Assembly: GCA_023954815.1 (NCBI GenBank)
Contig: JAGSHB010000012.1
Location: forward strand, 982 to 64,981
Direction of reading: 5' to 3'
Length of the DNA: 64,000 nucleotides
From: Myxococcales bacterium
GTDB lineage: Bacteria > Myxococcota_A > UBA9042
Notes under the pieces: model-generated
Told to the model about the DNA's origin: nothing
Seen by the model: the letters and a program-made list of their open reading frames with translations, nothing else
Database searches by the model: none
Position numbers and translations under genes: made by a program
In this document: piece by piece, positions 28,416 through 37,581 of the stretch
Position numbering within the stretch: position 1 is the stretch's first letter
How the letters are laid out: each line of letters starts with the position of its first letter

Positions 28416-28743
28416 ATGCCCGACAAGGCCATCCAGCTGGCGCCTACACGGTGAATTTGAGCAGCCCTACATGGTGAAGTTGCGGCGCTTTCTGCTTGAG
28501 GAGAAGCGTACGCACACTGTCTACCCGCCCGGCAAGGACGTCTTCTTCGCGCGCAACAGCACGCCCTTTGAGCAGGATCGTGTGGTGATTTTGGGCCAAG
28601 CCCCCTATCACGGCGACAATCAGGCCCACGAGCTCTGTTTTTCCGTCCGTCGCGGCTTTTGGGGATGCGGCCACATCAGCACCATCAACGACCGGCTCGT
28701 CGCCCGCGGTCCAGCGCCGATTCAGTGGGAACTCCCGAAATGA
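28416..28743 (+). pseudogene. ung: Uracil-DNA glycosylase pseudogene
   Basis: EFEQPYM..L..FL, VYPP...[21 protein letters not shown] joined directly to a C-terminal RGFWGCGH...PIQW; N-terminal frameshift (stop at 28454); catalytic Asp replaced by Ala. Confidence 0.88.
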
Positions 28744-28863
28744 CGGGGCTCTGGCGCAGATTCAACACGGACCTCCCCCTCACTCCTCGCACCAAACGAG
28801 GGCGCCAGATCGCCGTAGTGCAAGCACCCCGGGCCTGTGGCATCGTCTCGCCTGGAGGTCCTG

Positions 28864-30633
28864 ATGTCTGATGCCCCGACCATTCGATTTTGTCCGCAAT
28901 GCGGCACCGAATCGACTGCGGCGTATTGCGACAACGACGGCACACGCACCGTTGCGCGGCGTGACTTGGCCGCTGGCACCGCCAAACTCGAAATCGGCCA
29001 GGTCGTCAGCGAGCGCTATCGCATCACCGGCATGTTGGGGCGTGGAGGCTTCGGTGCGGTCTACGCCGCGGAGCACACGGGCACCGGCCAAGCGATCGCC
29101 TTGAAGGTGATGGTGGTGGGCGACGGCGGCGCGCCAGACGTCGGGGCAGTCCGGCGATTTTATAAAGAAGCGCAGGTCACAGCCCAACTGCGCCACCCCA
29201 ACACGGTGCGCGTCTTCGACGTGGGCCAGACCCACACAGGCGCCCTGTATATCGCAATGGAGCTGCTGCACGGCGACACATTAGAAGAGCGTTTGGTCGC
29301 CCAGGCTGCACAAGGCCAGGTCCTTGGGCAGTGGCCGGCTATCGACATGGCCATCGCCGTGTTGCGCAGTCTCGGCGAGGCCCATAGCCGCGAGTTGGTG
29401 CACCGCGACCTCAAGCCCGCCAACATCATTCTCAGTGAGGTCACGGCGGACGAGGAACCCATTCCGAAAGTGCTCGATTTTGGCATCGCACGGACCCAGG
29501 ATTCATCGCTGACCGGGCAAGGTACCGCCCTCGGCACCCCTGCCTACATGAGCCCCGAACAATGCATGGGCGGCAAGATCGATGGCCGCAGTGACGTCTA
29601 CTCGCTTGGGGTCATCCTCTACCGATGTGTCACCGGCCGGCTGCCCTTCGACGACAGAAACCCGCTCACCATCATGTACAAACACGCCCACGCGGCGCCG
29701 CCGCCCGTCTCAGAAGCGTCCCGAGTAGCGCTGCAGCCGGGGTTTGTCGCTGTCGTCGAGCGCGCACTCGCCAAGGCGCCGGATGACCGCTTTGCGACCG
29801 CGAAGTCTATGCGCAGTGCCCTGGAGGCCCTCCAGCGGGGGCCGCAGGCCGTCGACTCCTCTCGCACCGAAAAGTACGCCGTGGACCAGCAGCCCGACGC
29901 GCTTCCCGCGGGCTCAGAGATCGATCATTTTGGCGACACCGTAGCGAGTGACGTCCTGCAAACGAAGAACAAGACGGCACTAACCGCACCGCGCGCGCCC
30001 GTCGCAAACCCAGCGACTGCCCGGGTCGCACCGGTAGCATTGCCCCTGCCCAAGGCCGCCGGCAACACCGAATCTGGTCGCCCGCGAACCAGTACAGGAA
30101 AGTGGATCGCGCTGGTATTCGTCGCTGCAATCATCAGCGCGACAGCCGCCTGGATGGTGTCGGACGGACGCAAGGGCGCCGCGGTGACACCGGTCGCCAA
30201 GACCGAGCCGACCACGCCAAACATTGCTATTGCCGGTGTAGATGCTGGCACAGCGGCTCGGGGCCGCCCCGCTGCAGCCAATGCGCAAGCCGATGCGCAA
30301 GCCAATGCAGGCCCGTCATCGGATGCAGCCCAGCGTAGCGCGGCGGGCGATGCAGGAAGCGTCAGCGTGGACGCACAGGCGAGCGCAGATGCCGGCGCCG
30401 TAGCGCCCAAGAAGCCGGCATCTCCGAAGCCAAAGTCGCGCAAAAACGCCAGAAAACTACGCCGACCGCGCGCCAAGCGGATTCGTGTCTCTCCGAAAGA
30501 GGCTGCCCCAACACCCAAGGCCGCGCCGGCTGTCGCCAGACCGACCGTTCCAAAGGCCCCGCCCATTCAGCGCGCCCCTGCGCCTTCGCGAAAGCCTGTC
30601 AAAAAGGTGGAGCGCCCCATGGAGTTGGATTGA
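28864..30633 (+). CDS. Membrane Ser/Thr protein kinase (Hanks type)
   Basis: CPQC N-terminus, LGRGGFGAVY, ALK, HRDLKPAN, DFG, GTPAYMSPE; TM helix and Pro/Lys/Ala-rich tail; GGAGG RBS. Confidence 0.95.
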   Translation: MSDAPTIRFCPQCGTESTAAYCDNDGTRTVARRDLAAGTAKLEIGQVVSERYRITGMLGRGGFGAVYAAEHTGTGQAIALKVMVVGDGGAPDVGAVRRFYKEAQVTAQLRHPNTVRVFDVGQTHTGALYIAMELLHGDTLEERLVAQAAQGQVLGQWPAIDMAIAVLRSLGEAHSRELVHRDLKPANIILSEVTADEEPIPKVLDFGIARTQDSSLTGQGTALGTPAYMSPEQCMGGKIDGRSDVYSLGVILYRCVTGRLPFDDRNPLTIMYKHAHAAPPPVSEASRVALQPGFVAVVERALAKAPDDRFATAKSMRSALEALQRGPQAVDSSRTEKYAVDQQPDALPAGSEIDHFGDTVASDVLQTKNKTALTAPRAPVANPATARVAPVALPLPKAAGNTESGRPRTSTGKWIALVFVAAIISATAAWMVSDGRKGAAVTPVAKTEPTTPNIAIAGVDAGTAARGRPAAANAQADAQANAGPSSDAAQRSAAGDAGSVSVDAQASADAGAVAPKKPASPKPKSRKNARKLRRPRAKRIRVSPKEAAPTPKAAPAVARPTVPKAPPIQRAPAPSRKPVKKVERPMELD

Positions 30634-31403
30634 ACGTCTCCCCTTGGTCCACCGGTGATCTGCAAGATCTGGTCATCGACGACGACGAAGCCCTGGTCGC
30701 CTTGCCGGGGGTCCCATGGTTAGCGCTCCGCGACGCGCTCACGAACATCGTGTTCTGCTGGCCAGCTGACGTCGATGCCATGGCCGCCGCCTGGGAAGAC
30801 CTGACGCGGCAGTCGAACCTCCTCAACTGGCATCCGGCCGACATGCACGAGCTGGTCCGTGGCCCGATCGTGGGCGCCGACGAGCTCTGCCATCTGGCGG
30901 TTCATAAGCTGATTTTTCAGCAGCTCGGCGCTCCGGAAGACTGGCGGAGCTGGCTCTTCGCCGAAGCTGCAGCCTCGGCGACAGACGTGCTGGTACTGGG
31001 CGCGCTGCTGGCCGGTCGGCGCGAAGCGGAGTTTGTGCCCATGCAGCTCGATGTGCTGGGCACCTGTTGGGAGGACGCGGGCCGCTCCCGTGAAGCGCTG
31101 GCCGATCAACTGGCCGCATTGGCTGTGGACCCGGTGGCTGCGTGGCGTGAGATCGTGGCGCTCATCGAGGACCACATCACCGAACAACTGCCCCTGACAG
31201 ATTCGCGACGGTCAGCTGCGGCTTTCGCCGAACGAATTCAATCGCCGTGGGGTCCGGTTCTGCTGCACTTTCAAACGGCTTGGTGGGTCGCTGCCCTGCG
31301 CTCGCCAAATCGACAAGGCCCCGCGCCAAATGGGCTAGCCATCCTCAGAACCACGCTGATGAGCGCCGACTCGCCGCTCGACGCGCTGATCGGCAGCGTC
31401 TAA
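30630..31403 (+). CDS. Hypothetical protein overlapping the kinase stop
   Basis: 257-aa acidic ORF with a TTGA start/stop overlap; ELCHLAVH...FAEA motif. Confidence 0.65.
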   Translation: MNVSPWSTGDLQDLVIDDDEALVALPGVPWLALRDALTNIVFCWPADVDAMAAAWEDLTRQSNLLNWHPADMHELVRGPIVGADELCHLAVHKLIFQQLGAPEDWRSWLFAEAAASATDVLVLGALLAGRREAEFVPMQLDVLGTCWEDAGRSREALADQLAALAVDPVAAWREIVALIEDHITEQLPLTDSRRSAAAFAERIQSPWGPVLLHFQTAWWVAALRSPNRQGPAPNGLAILRTTLMSADSPLDALIGSV

Positions 31404-31432
31404 ACGTCAGCGCCCAATCGCCAGCGTTTGAA

Positions 31433-31602
31433 CCTAGCAGACTGCGCTTGTTCTCGATTTCTTCGGAGACACGCTCCATGGGGCGCAGTCTGCGGGGATG
31501 GGGAAGTCGCGGCTTGCCGCGACTGGGGGCGCTCGTAGCCCCCCAATTGAAAAGGGAACTAGCAGCGTGCTGCGATAGTAATTTTAATTACGCCGCGCGC
31601 TG
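31433..31602. repeat. 170-bp multi-hairpin dispersed repeat, copy B (inverted relative to A)
   Basis: Reverse complement matches 28209-28378 with stems conserved and loops/linkers diverged. Confidence 0.9.
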
Positions 31603-31608
31603 ATAGAC

Positions 31609-32346
31609 CTACAGCTGGTCGCGCCCTTCCAGCACCATGCGCGCAAACCGATAGAGCAGGTTCGTCGCGTGGGGAGACGGACGCAGACTGGTGAGTACCG
31701 GGTCTTCTGACTCCGGTCCGACCAACCCACCGTAGTTCTCGATGTAGCGCATGTAGCGCAGCCGGTTGCCGTGAATGTCGAGCTCTGGGTGAAACTGGGT
31801 CGCCCAAACTGGCTTGTCTTCGACCACAAGCGCCTGCACTTCGGCCAAAGCACTCTCGGCCAGCTTCTTCGTGCCGACGGGGGTGTTCAAGATGCGATCG
31901 TTGTGACCCTGCTGGGCAAAAAACGATGGCGGTAAGACACCAAAAAGCTCGCATTCCTGCGCTTCGGCGGTCACAACCACCTCATAGGTGCCGACCTCTC
32001 GGTTCTCGGGGTCGTGGATCACGTCCTCACCGAGCGCGCGCCCCATGAGCTGCAGCCCAAAGCACACCCCAAAGGTCTTGCGGCCACGACCGACGAGCTC
32101 TTCGCGAATCAACTGAGCGGCGTCGTGCACCCACTGCTGCTCACCGCTGGCGGAGTAGGCGCCCGATCCACCGATCAACACCGCCGCGTGACGGTTGAGG
32201 GTGTCCGCATCAGGGGAGCCTTCAATCAAGTTCCACGTGTGGATTTCGTCGCGGGTCACGCCCATGGCGCGGGCGAAACTCTGCCACTCGTGTTCAGCCA
32301 TCGGATCGTCGTGATCCCTGGCCTGCAGCAACAAGAATGGCTTCAT
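31609..32346 (-). CDS. Class I glutamine amidotransferase-like protein
   Basis: GGSG, GVCFGLQ, QFHPE triad. Confidence 0.9.
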   Translation of the reverse strand: MKPFLLLQARDHDDPMAEHEWQSFARAMGVTRDEIHTWNLIEGSPDADTLNRHAAVLIGGSGAYSASGEQQWVHDAAQLIREELVGRGRKTFGVCFGLQLMGRALGEDVIHDPENREVGTYEVVVTAEAQECELFGVLPPSFFAQQGHNDRILNTPVGTKKLAESALAEVQALVVEDKPVWATQFHPELDIHGNRLRYMRYIENYGGLVGPESEDPVLTSLRPSPHATNLLYRFARMVLEGRDQL

Positions 32347-32424
32347 CGATGGCCCCTATCTCATAGTGGCGGCGCCCGCCTGCGTGGGGGCTGTCGCGCC
32401 TTCATGGTCGTTGTCGCGACGCCC

Positions 32425-33261
32425 TCACAGGCCCAGCGACTCCAACTCTCGTTCGTGTGCCTCAACCCAGCGCGCGAACAGCGCGAGGAGAAGTGAGGCT
32501 TCATCGGAAGGCCGGAGCCCCTTCAGAAACGGGTCATCATCGACGCTGACGTCAACCCAGCCGGGTGCATAGAGCGCCCGGTAGTGAACGTATCGCGTCC
32601 GAAGATCATCGATCCCAAGCTCCGGGTGAAACTGCGTCGCCCAGATTGGCAAATGACCGACCCGGAAGGCGTGTACAGGGCAATCCGGTGTCGACGCAAG
32701 CAATCTTGCACCCAAAGGCAACGCTGCGGCCCGATCGTGGTGGCCAACTTGGGCACTAAATAGCGCCGGCAGATGAGAGAAGAGCGGATCGTCCCGGCCC
32801 GATTCGCCCAGCTTGAGGTCGTAGGTGCCCATCTCAGTGTTGGCGTAGTCGCGAATCATGCGGCCGCCGATCGCGAGCACCAGGATCTGAAAACCGAAGC
32901 ACGAAGCAAACGTCGCTTTGCCTGGCAGCACCAATTCACGGCGCACCCACTCGACCAATCGACCGATCCACGGATCGCGATCGAGGACAGAGTAGTCGCC
33001 CGAACCGCCCATCAACACTGCGCTGACGCCTTTGAGTTCGTCGCGCGTAGGCAACCTATCGGTTGCGTTGACCACGACCAGATCATCCGCGCCCAGCCCG
33101 ATCGCCCCCCGAAAACAGGCGATTTCGTGCTCGAGCATGGGATCGTCTTGATTCCGGGCCTGCAGGAGCAGAAAGGGGCGGCGCAAAGATCCTCCTCGCC
33201 CGTATGCCGGGCTCTGCTCATCATGGAGCCCCTGCGAGGCAGCGTCCACCCCGTGGCTCAC
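32425..33261 (-). CDS. Class I glutamine amidotransferase-like protein (tandem paralogue)
   Basis: GGSG, SCFGFQ, QFHPE; shares PFLLLQAR..DDPM.EHE with the neighbouring gene. Confidence 0.9.
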   Translation of the reverse strand: MSHGVDAASQGLHDEQSPAYGRGGSLRRPFLLLQARNQDDPMLEHEIACFRGAIGLGADDLVVVNATDRLPTRDELKGVSAVLMGGSGDYSVLDRDPWIGRLVEWVRRELVLPGKATFASCFGFQILVLAIGGRMIRDYANTEMGTYDLKLGESGRDDPLFSHLPALFSAQVGHHDRAAALPLGARLLASTPDCPVHAFRVGHLPIWATQFHPELGIDDLRTRYVHYRALYAPGWVDVSVDDDPFLKGLRPSDEASLLLALFARWVEAHERELESLGL

Positions 33262-33408
33262 ACCGAATCACTTCCCCGTGCGTCGGAACAAAACGGAGGG
33301 CCAGGTTATTTGCTCACGTGAGCGGTTATGGCCATGGCTCTTGCTTGCAGGCACACTCACCAGACTTCGGCGGCAATCCCACTGTTCGCACGCCCCATCG
33401 GAGGCCCA

Positions 33409-35295
33409 ATGAATCCACGTTCTCGGCTGCGCGTCGCCGCATGTGCCGCCCTGTTGTGTTCCCTGGTCGCGACCTCCGCGTGGGCTGCCAAGGGCATGCC
33501 ACCGAACATCGACTCGCGTGACCTGCGCCCCGGCATGAAGGGGTACGGGCTCACGGTGATGCGCGGGCAAAAGATCGAGCGCTTCCAGATCGAAGTTATC
33601 GGCGTGCTCTACAACAAGCTGCCCGGCCAAGACATGATCTTGGTGCGGTGTGCGGGCTTGAACTTGGAGCATTCCGGGGTCATCGCTGGCATGAGCGGCA
33701 GCCCGGTGTTCATCAAGGGTCCACGCGGCAAGGATCTGCTGGTCGGCGCGGTCTCCTATGCCTTTCCGTTCAACAAGGACCCTGTGGCGGGGGTCACGCC
33801 GATCAAGAACATGTGGCCGGAGCTCGATCGCCCGCTGCGCCCTGTTCCGAAACCTCAGCAGATTTTGATGCCGGGGTCGCGGCGCGGCAAGCGCAGCAAA
33901 CGGCGGCGGCGGCGGCGACGGCGCTCCTCGCTCTATCCGAACCTGAACATCGAGGCGGCGCCTGTGAGTGAGCAGCCGCAGCGCACCACGCAGCTGCCGG
34001 GCGGGCTCGATCCCTCACGCATGCAGCCGATCGCGATGCCCCTGTCTGCGTCTGGCTTTCACCCCGATCTGATGAAGGAAATGCAGACGGCGTTCAACCC
34101 GCTGGGCTTTGGTCCGGTTCAGGCTGCTGCGGTTGGAGCGACAGCCGCCGGCGGGGCTATCAACCCGAAAAGTGAGCCTTTTCGTCCGGGATCAGCGATT
34201 TCTCTGAGCCTCGTGCGCGGTGATATGAACATCGCTGGCGTGGGGACGGTGACCTGGGTTCGCAAGAATAAGTTCATCGCGTTTGGCCATCCCTTCCGCG
34301 GCGCTGGCCAAATTCACTTGCCTGTCGGCGGCGCGCACATCGTGTGGGTGACGGCATCCCAGGTGAACTCGTTCAAGATGGGCGTGCCCCTAAGCCCGCT
34401 CGGCGTGCTCGATCAAGATCGCCTGCCCGCCGTCGCCGGGCGCATCGGGCCGAAAGCGGCGATGATACCGATGCAGGTTCGCGTGCGCGGTAAGGGCGGC
34501 GGCACGGACCGCACTTGGAAAGTGGAGATCGTGGACCAGCCCAAGTTCTTCCCGCTGGCCGTTTCGATGGTCCTAGGCAACGCGCTGCGGGTCAGTGAGC
34601 CGATCGCGCAAAATGCCTGGGCGACCATGAAGCTGACGTTTGAGCTGGAGGGCGGCTACAAACCGCTGGTCTTCGAAGACAAGTTCGTCAGCCTCGGCGG
34701 CAGCGCGGGCCTGTACCGGGTCCGTGGCCTCGCCAAACGCGTCGCTAAGGCGCTGGTGAGCAATGGTTTCAAGCGGATCCGCACCAAGTCCATCAAGGCT
34801 GAGTTTCAGGTCGAACAAGGTCGGCCCATGGCATTCCTGGAGGCGGTGAAGGTCGACAGCGACACCGTCCACGTGGGCGATTCACCGACCCTGCGGGTGC
34901 AATTCCTACGGCCCAACAAAAAGTCGGTGACAGTGAAGCTGAAGCTGCCCAAGATTCCAAAGGAGCTCGCTGGCGGCAAGATTCGCGTCTGGATCGGATC
35001 GGCGAACCGCAAGCCGCTAGAGCGCCCGCAACCTCAGGATGAAAACGACATCTTGGACTCCATGCGGGCGTACCAACCCAGCAATCGGTTGGTGGCTGTG
35101 CTGACGCTCCCCGGTCGCAGCTGGATGACCCGGGGCGAGCGCCTCGTTGATGTGCCGCCCGGTGTGATGACAGAGATCACGGGTCATCGGCGCAAGATTC
35201 GCTTGGGTCGAACGACGCTACGCACGACGAAGGACCTCGATTGGGCCATTACGGGATCGGGAACGATCTCGCTGATGGTCGCTGACGATCCGTAG
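33409..35295 (+). CDS. Secreted SpoIVB peptidase S55 domain protein
   Basis: Signal peptide AWA; PGMKGYGLTV..G, GVIAGMSGSPV, GVTPI, AFGHPF; GGAGG RBS. Confidence 0.88.
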   Translation: MNPRSRLRVAACAALLCSLVATSAWAAKGMPPNIDSRDLRPGMKGYGLTVMRGQKIERFQIEVIGVLYNKLPGQDMILVRCAGLNLEHSGVIAGMSGSPVFIKGPRGKDLLVGAVSYAFPFNKDPVAGVTPIKNMWPELDRPLRPVPKPQQILMPGSRRGKRSKRRRRRRRRSSLYPNLNIEAAPVSEQPQRTTQLPGGLDPSRMQPIAMPLSASGFHPDLMKEMQTAFNPLGFGPVQAAAVGATAAGGAINPKSEPFRPGSAISLSLVRGDMNIAGVGTVTWVRKNKFIAFGHPFRGAGQIHLPVGGAHIVWVTASQVNSFKMGVPLSPLGVLDQDRLPAVAGRIGPKAAMIPMQVRVRGKGGGTDRTWKVEIVDQPKFFPLAVSMVLGNALRVSEPIAQNAWATMKLTFELEGGYKPLVFEDKFVSLGGSAGLYRVRGLAKRVAKALVSNGFKRIRTKSIKAEFQVEQGRPMAFLEAVKVDSDTVHVGDSPTLRVQFLRPNKKSVTVKLKLPKIPKELAGGKIRVWIGSANRKPLERPQPQDENDILDSMRAYQPSNRLVAVLTLPGRSWMTRGERLVDVPPGVMTEITGHRRKIRLGRTTLRTTKDLDWAITGSGTISLMVADDP

Positions 35296-35400
35296 ACCGA
35301 CTTGGCGTGCACGCGCCTGTGAGTGGCGACAACGCCAGAACTCACCTCGCAAACACTCCCCTGCCCACTGCGGCCAATGGCGCCGCGACAGGAACGACAG

Positions 35401-37395
35401 ATGACAGCAAGCAAGCTCTCACGCCGAGGCCAAATCTCCATCGCGCTATTGGTATTGGCGGCGCTCTTTGGTGCTTCCGTGGCCATGGCCGCCCTCCCCC
35501 GCGATTGGCACTTCGCCAGCGGCCGTGACTTTGCCCGCGGCAAGCTCAGCGGCCTCGCGCTCCACCAAGAGACGGGGCTCACCGTCGCCCCAGGGGTCAA
35601 ACGCACCGGCGTCGACGCCGAGCTGATCCATTGCTGGGCAAGGGATGGTCGCAAGCTGTGGCTGGGAACGGGTCTGTCAGCCAAAGTCTTCGTCGTCCAG
35701 GGCGGCAAGGCCAAGATGGTGGCGAAACTCCCCGGCGTCCTGGTCGGAAGTTTGGTGCCGGACGGCAAAGGTGGCGTGTTCGCGGGCACGGTCGGCCGCG
35801 GCAAGGTCATGCGGGTCAGTGCCAGCGGCAAAGTCGAGGAAGTTGTGCGCCTCAAGGGCGTCCGGCACATCTGGTCGCTGCTCATCAAGGACGGCACGCT
35901 CTACGCAGGCACCGGTCGTGGCGGCGGCGTTTTCGCCATCGATCCAGCTGCCAAGACGGCGAAATTGTATGCAGAGACCGGCGCCGAGCACGTCATGACC
36001 CTCATCGCTGATGGGGACGCCATCATCGCCGGCACGAGCGACGCCGCTACCCTGGTGCGCATCACCGGTGAGAAAAAGGCGCAGGCCATCGCAGGCTTTC
36101 CTGGCGTTGAAGTCCGCAGCGTGACCCGTCTGGGCAAGGCCCTGTACGTCGCGGTCAACGGCGGCAATACGGCAGCGGCGCTTTCGCGCTTGCGGGCGAC
36201 GCGGCGGCGGCCAGGCGGCAAAGGCAAGATCGCTGTGCGTCGGAAAAAGCGGAAAAAGCGCGCGATTCGTGGCGGCAAGGGCGCGGTCTGGGTTCGTCAT
36301 GACGACGGTCGCATCAACCGACTGTTCATCTCGCCCAATGGCATGCTGACGGACATCGGCGCCTCCGGACAGGGCGTCGTCGCGGGCACCATCGCTGGCG
36401 GCCGTGTGGTGATTGGCGACCTGCAGGGCAACGTCATGAGCCTATTCGATCTCGACGAGACCCAAGTGCTCGGCATCGAGATGGGCGCCAAGGGGCCGAA
36501 AACCCTCATGACCGGCAAGGGCGCGGCGGTCTACAGCGTCGGTGGCGCTGCGAAGAACCCCACGTACACCACCGAGGTCTTGCGGGCCGGCGGGGTGACG
36601 CGCTGGGGCCGTATCGCGGCTGGCGGCAGCGGTAGCCTCATTGTGGAGACCCGCAGCGGCTACTCCAATCCCCCGAGTGACACCTGGAGCCCTTGGCAAC
36701 CCTTGGCCAACGAGCGCAGCCAGAGCCCAGCGGCGAGCTACCTGCAGGTCCGCGTGCGCTTTGCCAGCCCGGACGCGCGTCTGTGGGAGCTGCGCATCTT
36801 TCGTCGGCCCTTCAACCGGGCGCCGTCCATCAAGCGCCTGACCATCAAGCCCAACAAGAAGCTGCGTACCCTGCGGGTGACTTGGAGCGCGAAAGACCCG
36901 GATGGCGGCCGCCTTGGCTACATCCTGACCTACCGTAAGCGCGGATCGACCCAGTGGCTGATGCTGCACGACCGCTTCTACGCCAAGACCTCGATGACTC
37001 TGTCGCCAAGGGACATGCCCGATGGCTGGTACGAGCTCCGTGTCGAGGCCACCGACGCCCCCAACAACACGCCGTCGGAGGCGTTGCGCACAGCTCTGAT
37101 CAGCAAGCCCTTCTTGGTCGATCAGGGCCGTCCCGACGTCAGCGCCCAGGTGCGCGACGGCATGCTGACGGGCGTAGCGGCCGACCGGGTGTCAAACATC
37201 GTGCGCGTGGTGGTGTCGTTCGACGGCGAGCCGGCGGTGCTGGCCCGTTGTGGTGACAACATCTGCGACGGTCGGCAGGAGGCCTTCGAGCTGAAGCTGC
37301 CGCCGGACCTGCTCAAGGGTCGTCATACGCTGCTGATCCAGGCGACTGATGAGGCCGGCAACACGGGCGTTCAGCGCTTGGTCATCGGTAAGTAG
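35401..37395 (+). CDS. Secreted beta-propeller plus FN3/Ig-like domain protein
   Basis: Signal peptide; repeated GTG..GKV/YAGTG blades; ETRSG...WSPW, W.A.DPDG..L.Y, DG.Y..RV.ATD. Confidence 0.8.
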   Translation: MTASKLSRRGQISIALLVLAALFGASVAMAALPRDWHFASGRDFARGKLSGLALHQETGLTVAPGVKRTGVDAELIHCWARDGRKLWLGTGLSAKVFVVQGGKAKMVAKLPGVLVGSLVPDGKGGVFAGTVGRGKVMRVSASGKVEEVVRLKGVRHIWSLLIKDGTLYAGTGRGGGVFAIDPAAKTAKLYAETGAEHVMTLIADGDAIIAGTSDAATLVRITGEKKAQAIAGFPGVEVRSVTRLGKALYVAVNGGNTAAALSRLRATRRRPGGKGKIAVRRKKRKKRAIRGGKGAVWVRHDDGRINRLFISPNGMLTDIGASGQGVVAGTIAGGRVVIGDLQGNVMSLFDLDETQVLGIEMGAKGPKTLMTGKGAAVYSVGGAAKNPTYTTEVLRAGGVTRWGRIAAGGSGSLIVETRSGYSNPPSDTWSPWQPLANERSQSPAASYLQVRVRFASPDARLWELRIFRRPFNRAPSIKRLTIKPNKKLRTLRVTWSAKDPDGGRLGYILTYRKRGSTQWLMLHDRFYAKTSMTLSPRDMPDGWYELRVEATDAPNNTPSEALRTALISKPFLVDQGRPDVSAQVRDGMLTGVAADRVSNIVRVVVSFDGEPAVLARCGDNICDGRQEAFELKLPPDLLKGRHTLLIQATDEAGNTGVQRLVIGK

Positions 37396-37581
37396 CGCGA
37401 CCTGGGCCACTTGCTGTAGTGGCCGCCAGCAGGCCGCCTAGAGGCCGCCAGCAAGCCGATGGGGCGCAGCCCCCACTAGTATGCCTTCATGCCTGTCGAA
37501 CGTGCCTACGGGCCGTAGAGGGCCCAATCCGGCCGTTTGGGGTCCCCAAAATGAGCAAATATGCCCCGGCGCGACGGGCTG

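Noticed and set aside
28471-28743. Functional mini-Ung or Ung-derived regulator
   Set aside because: Catalytic Asp lost, core deleted and upstream frame broken; a pseudogene is more parsimonious
28209-31602. Autonomous composite transposon
   Set aside because: No transposase or recombinase inside or adjacent, and no target-site duplication seen
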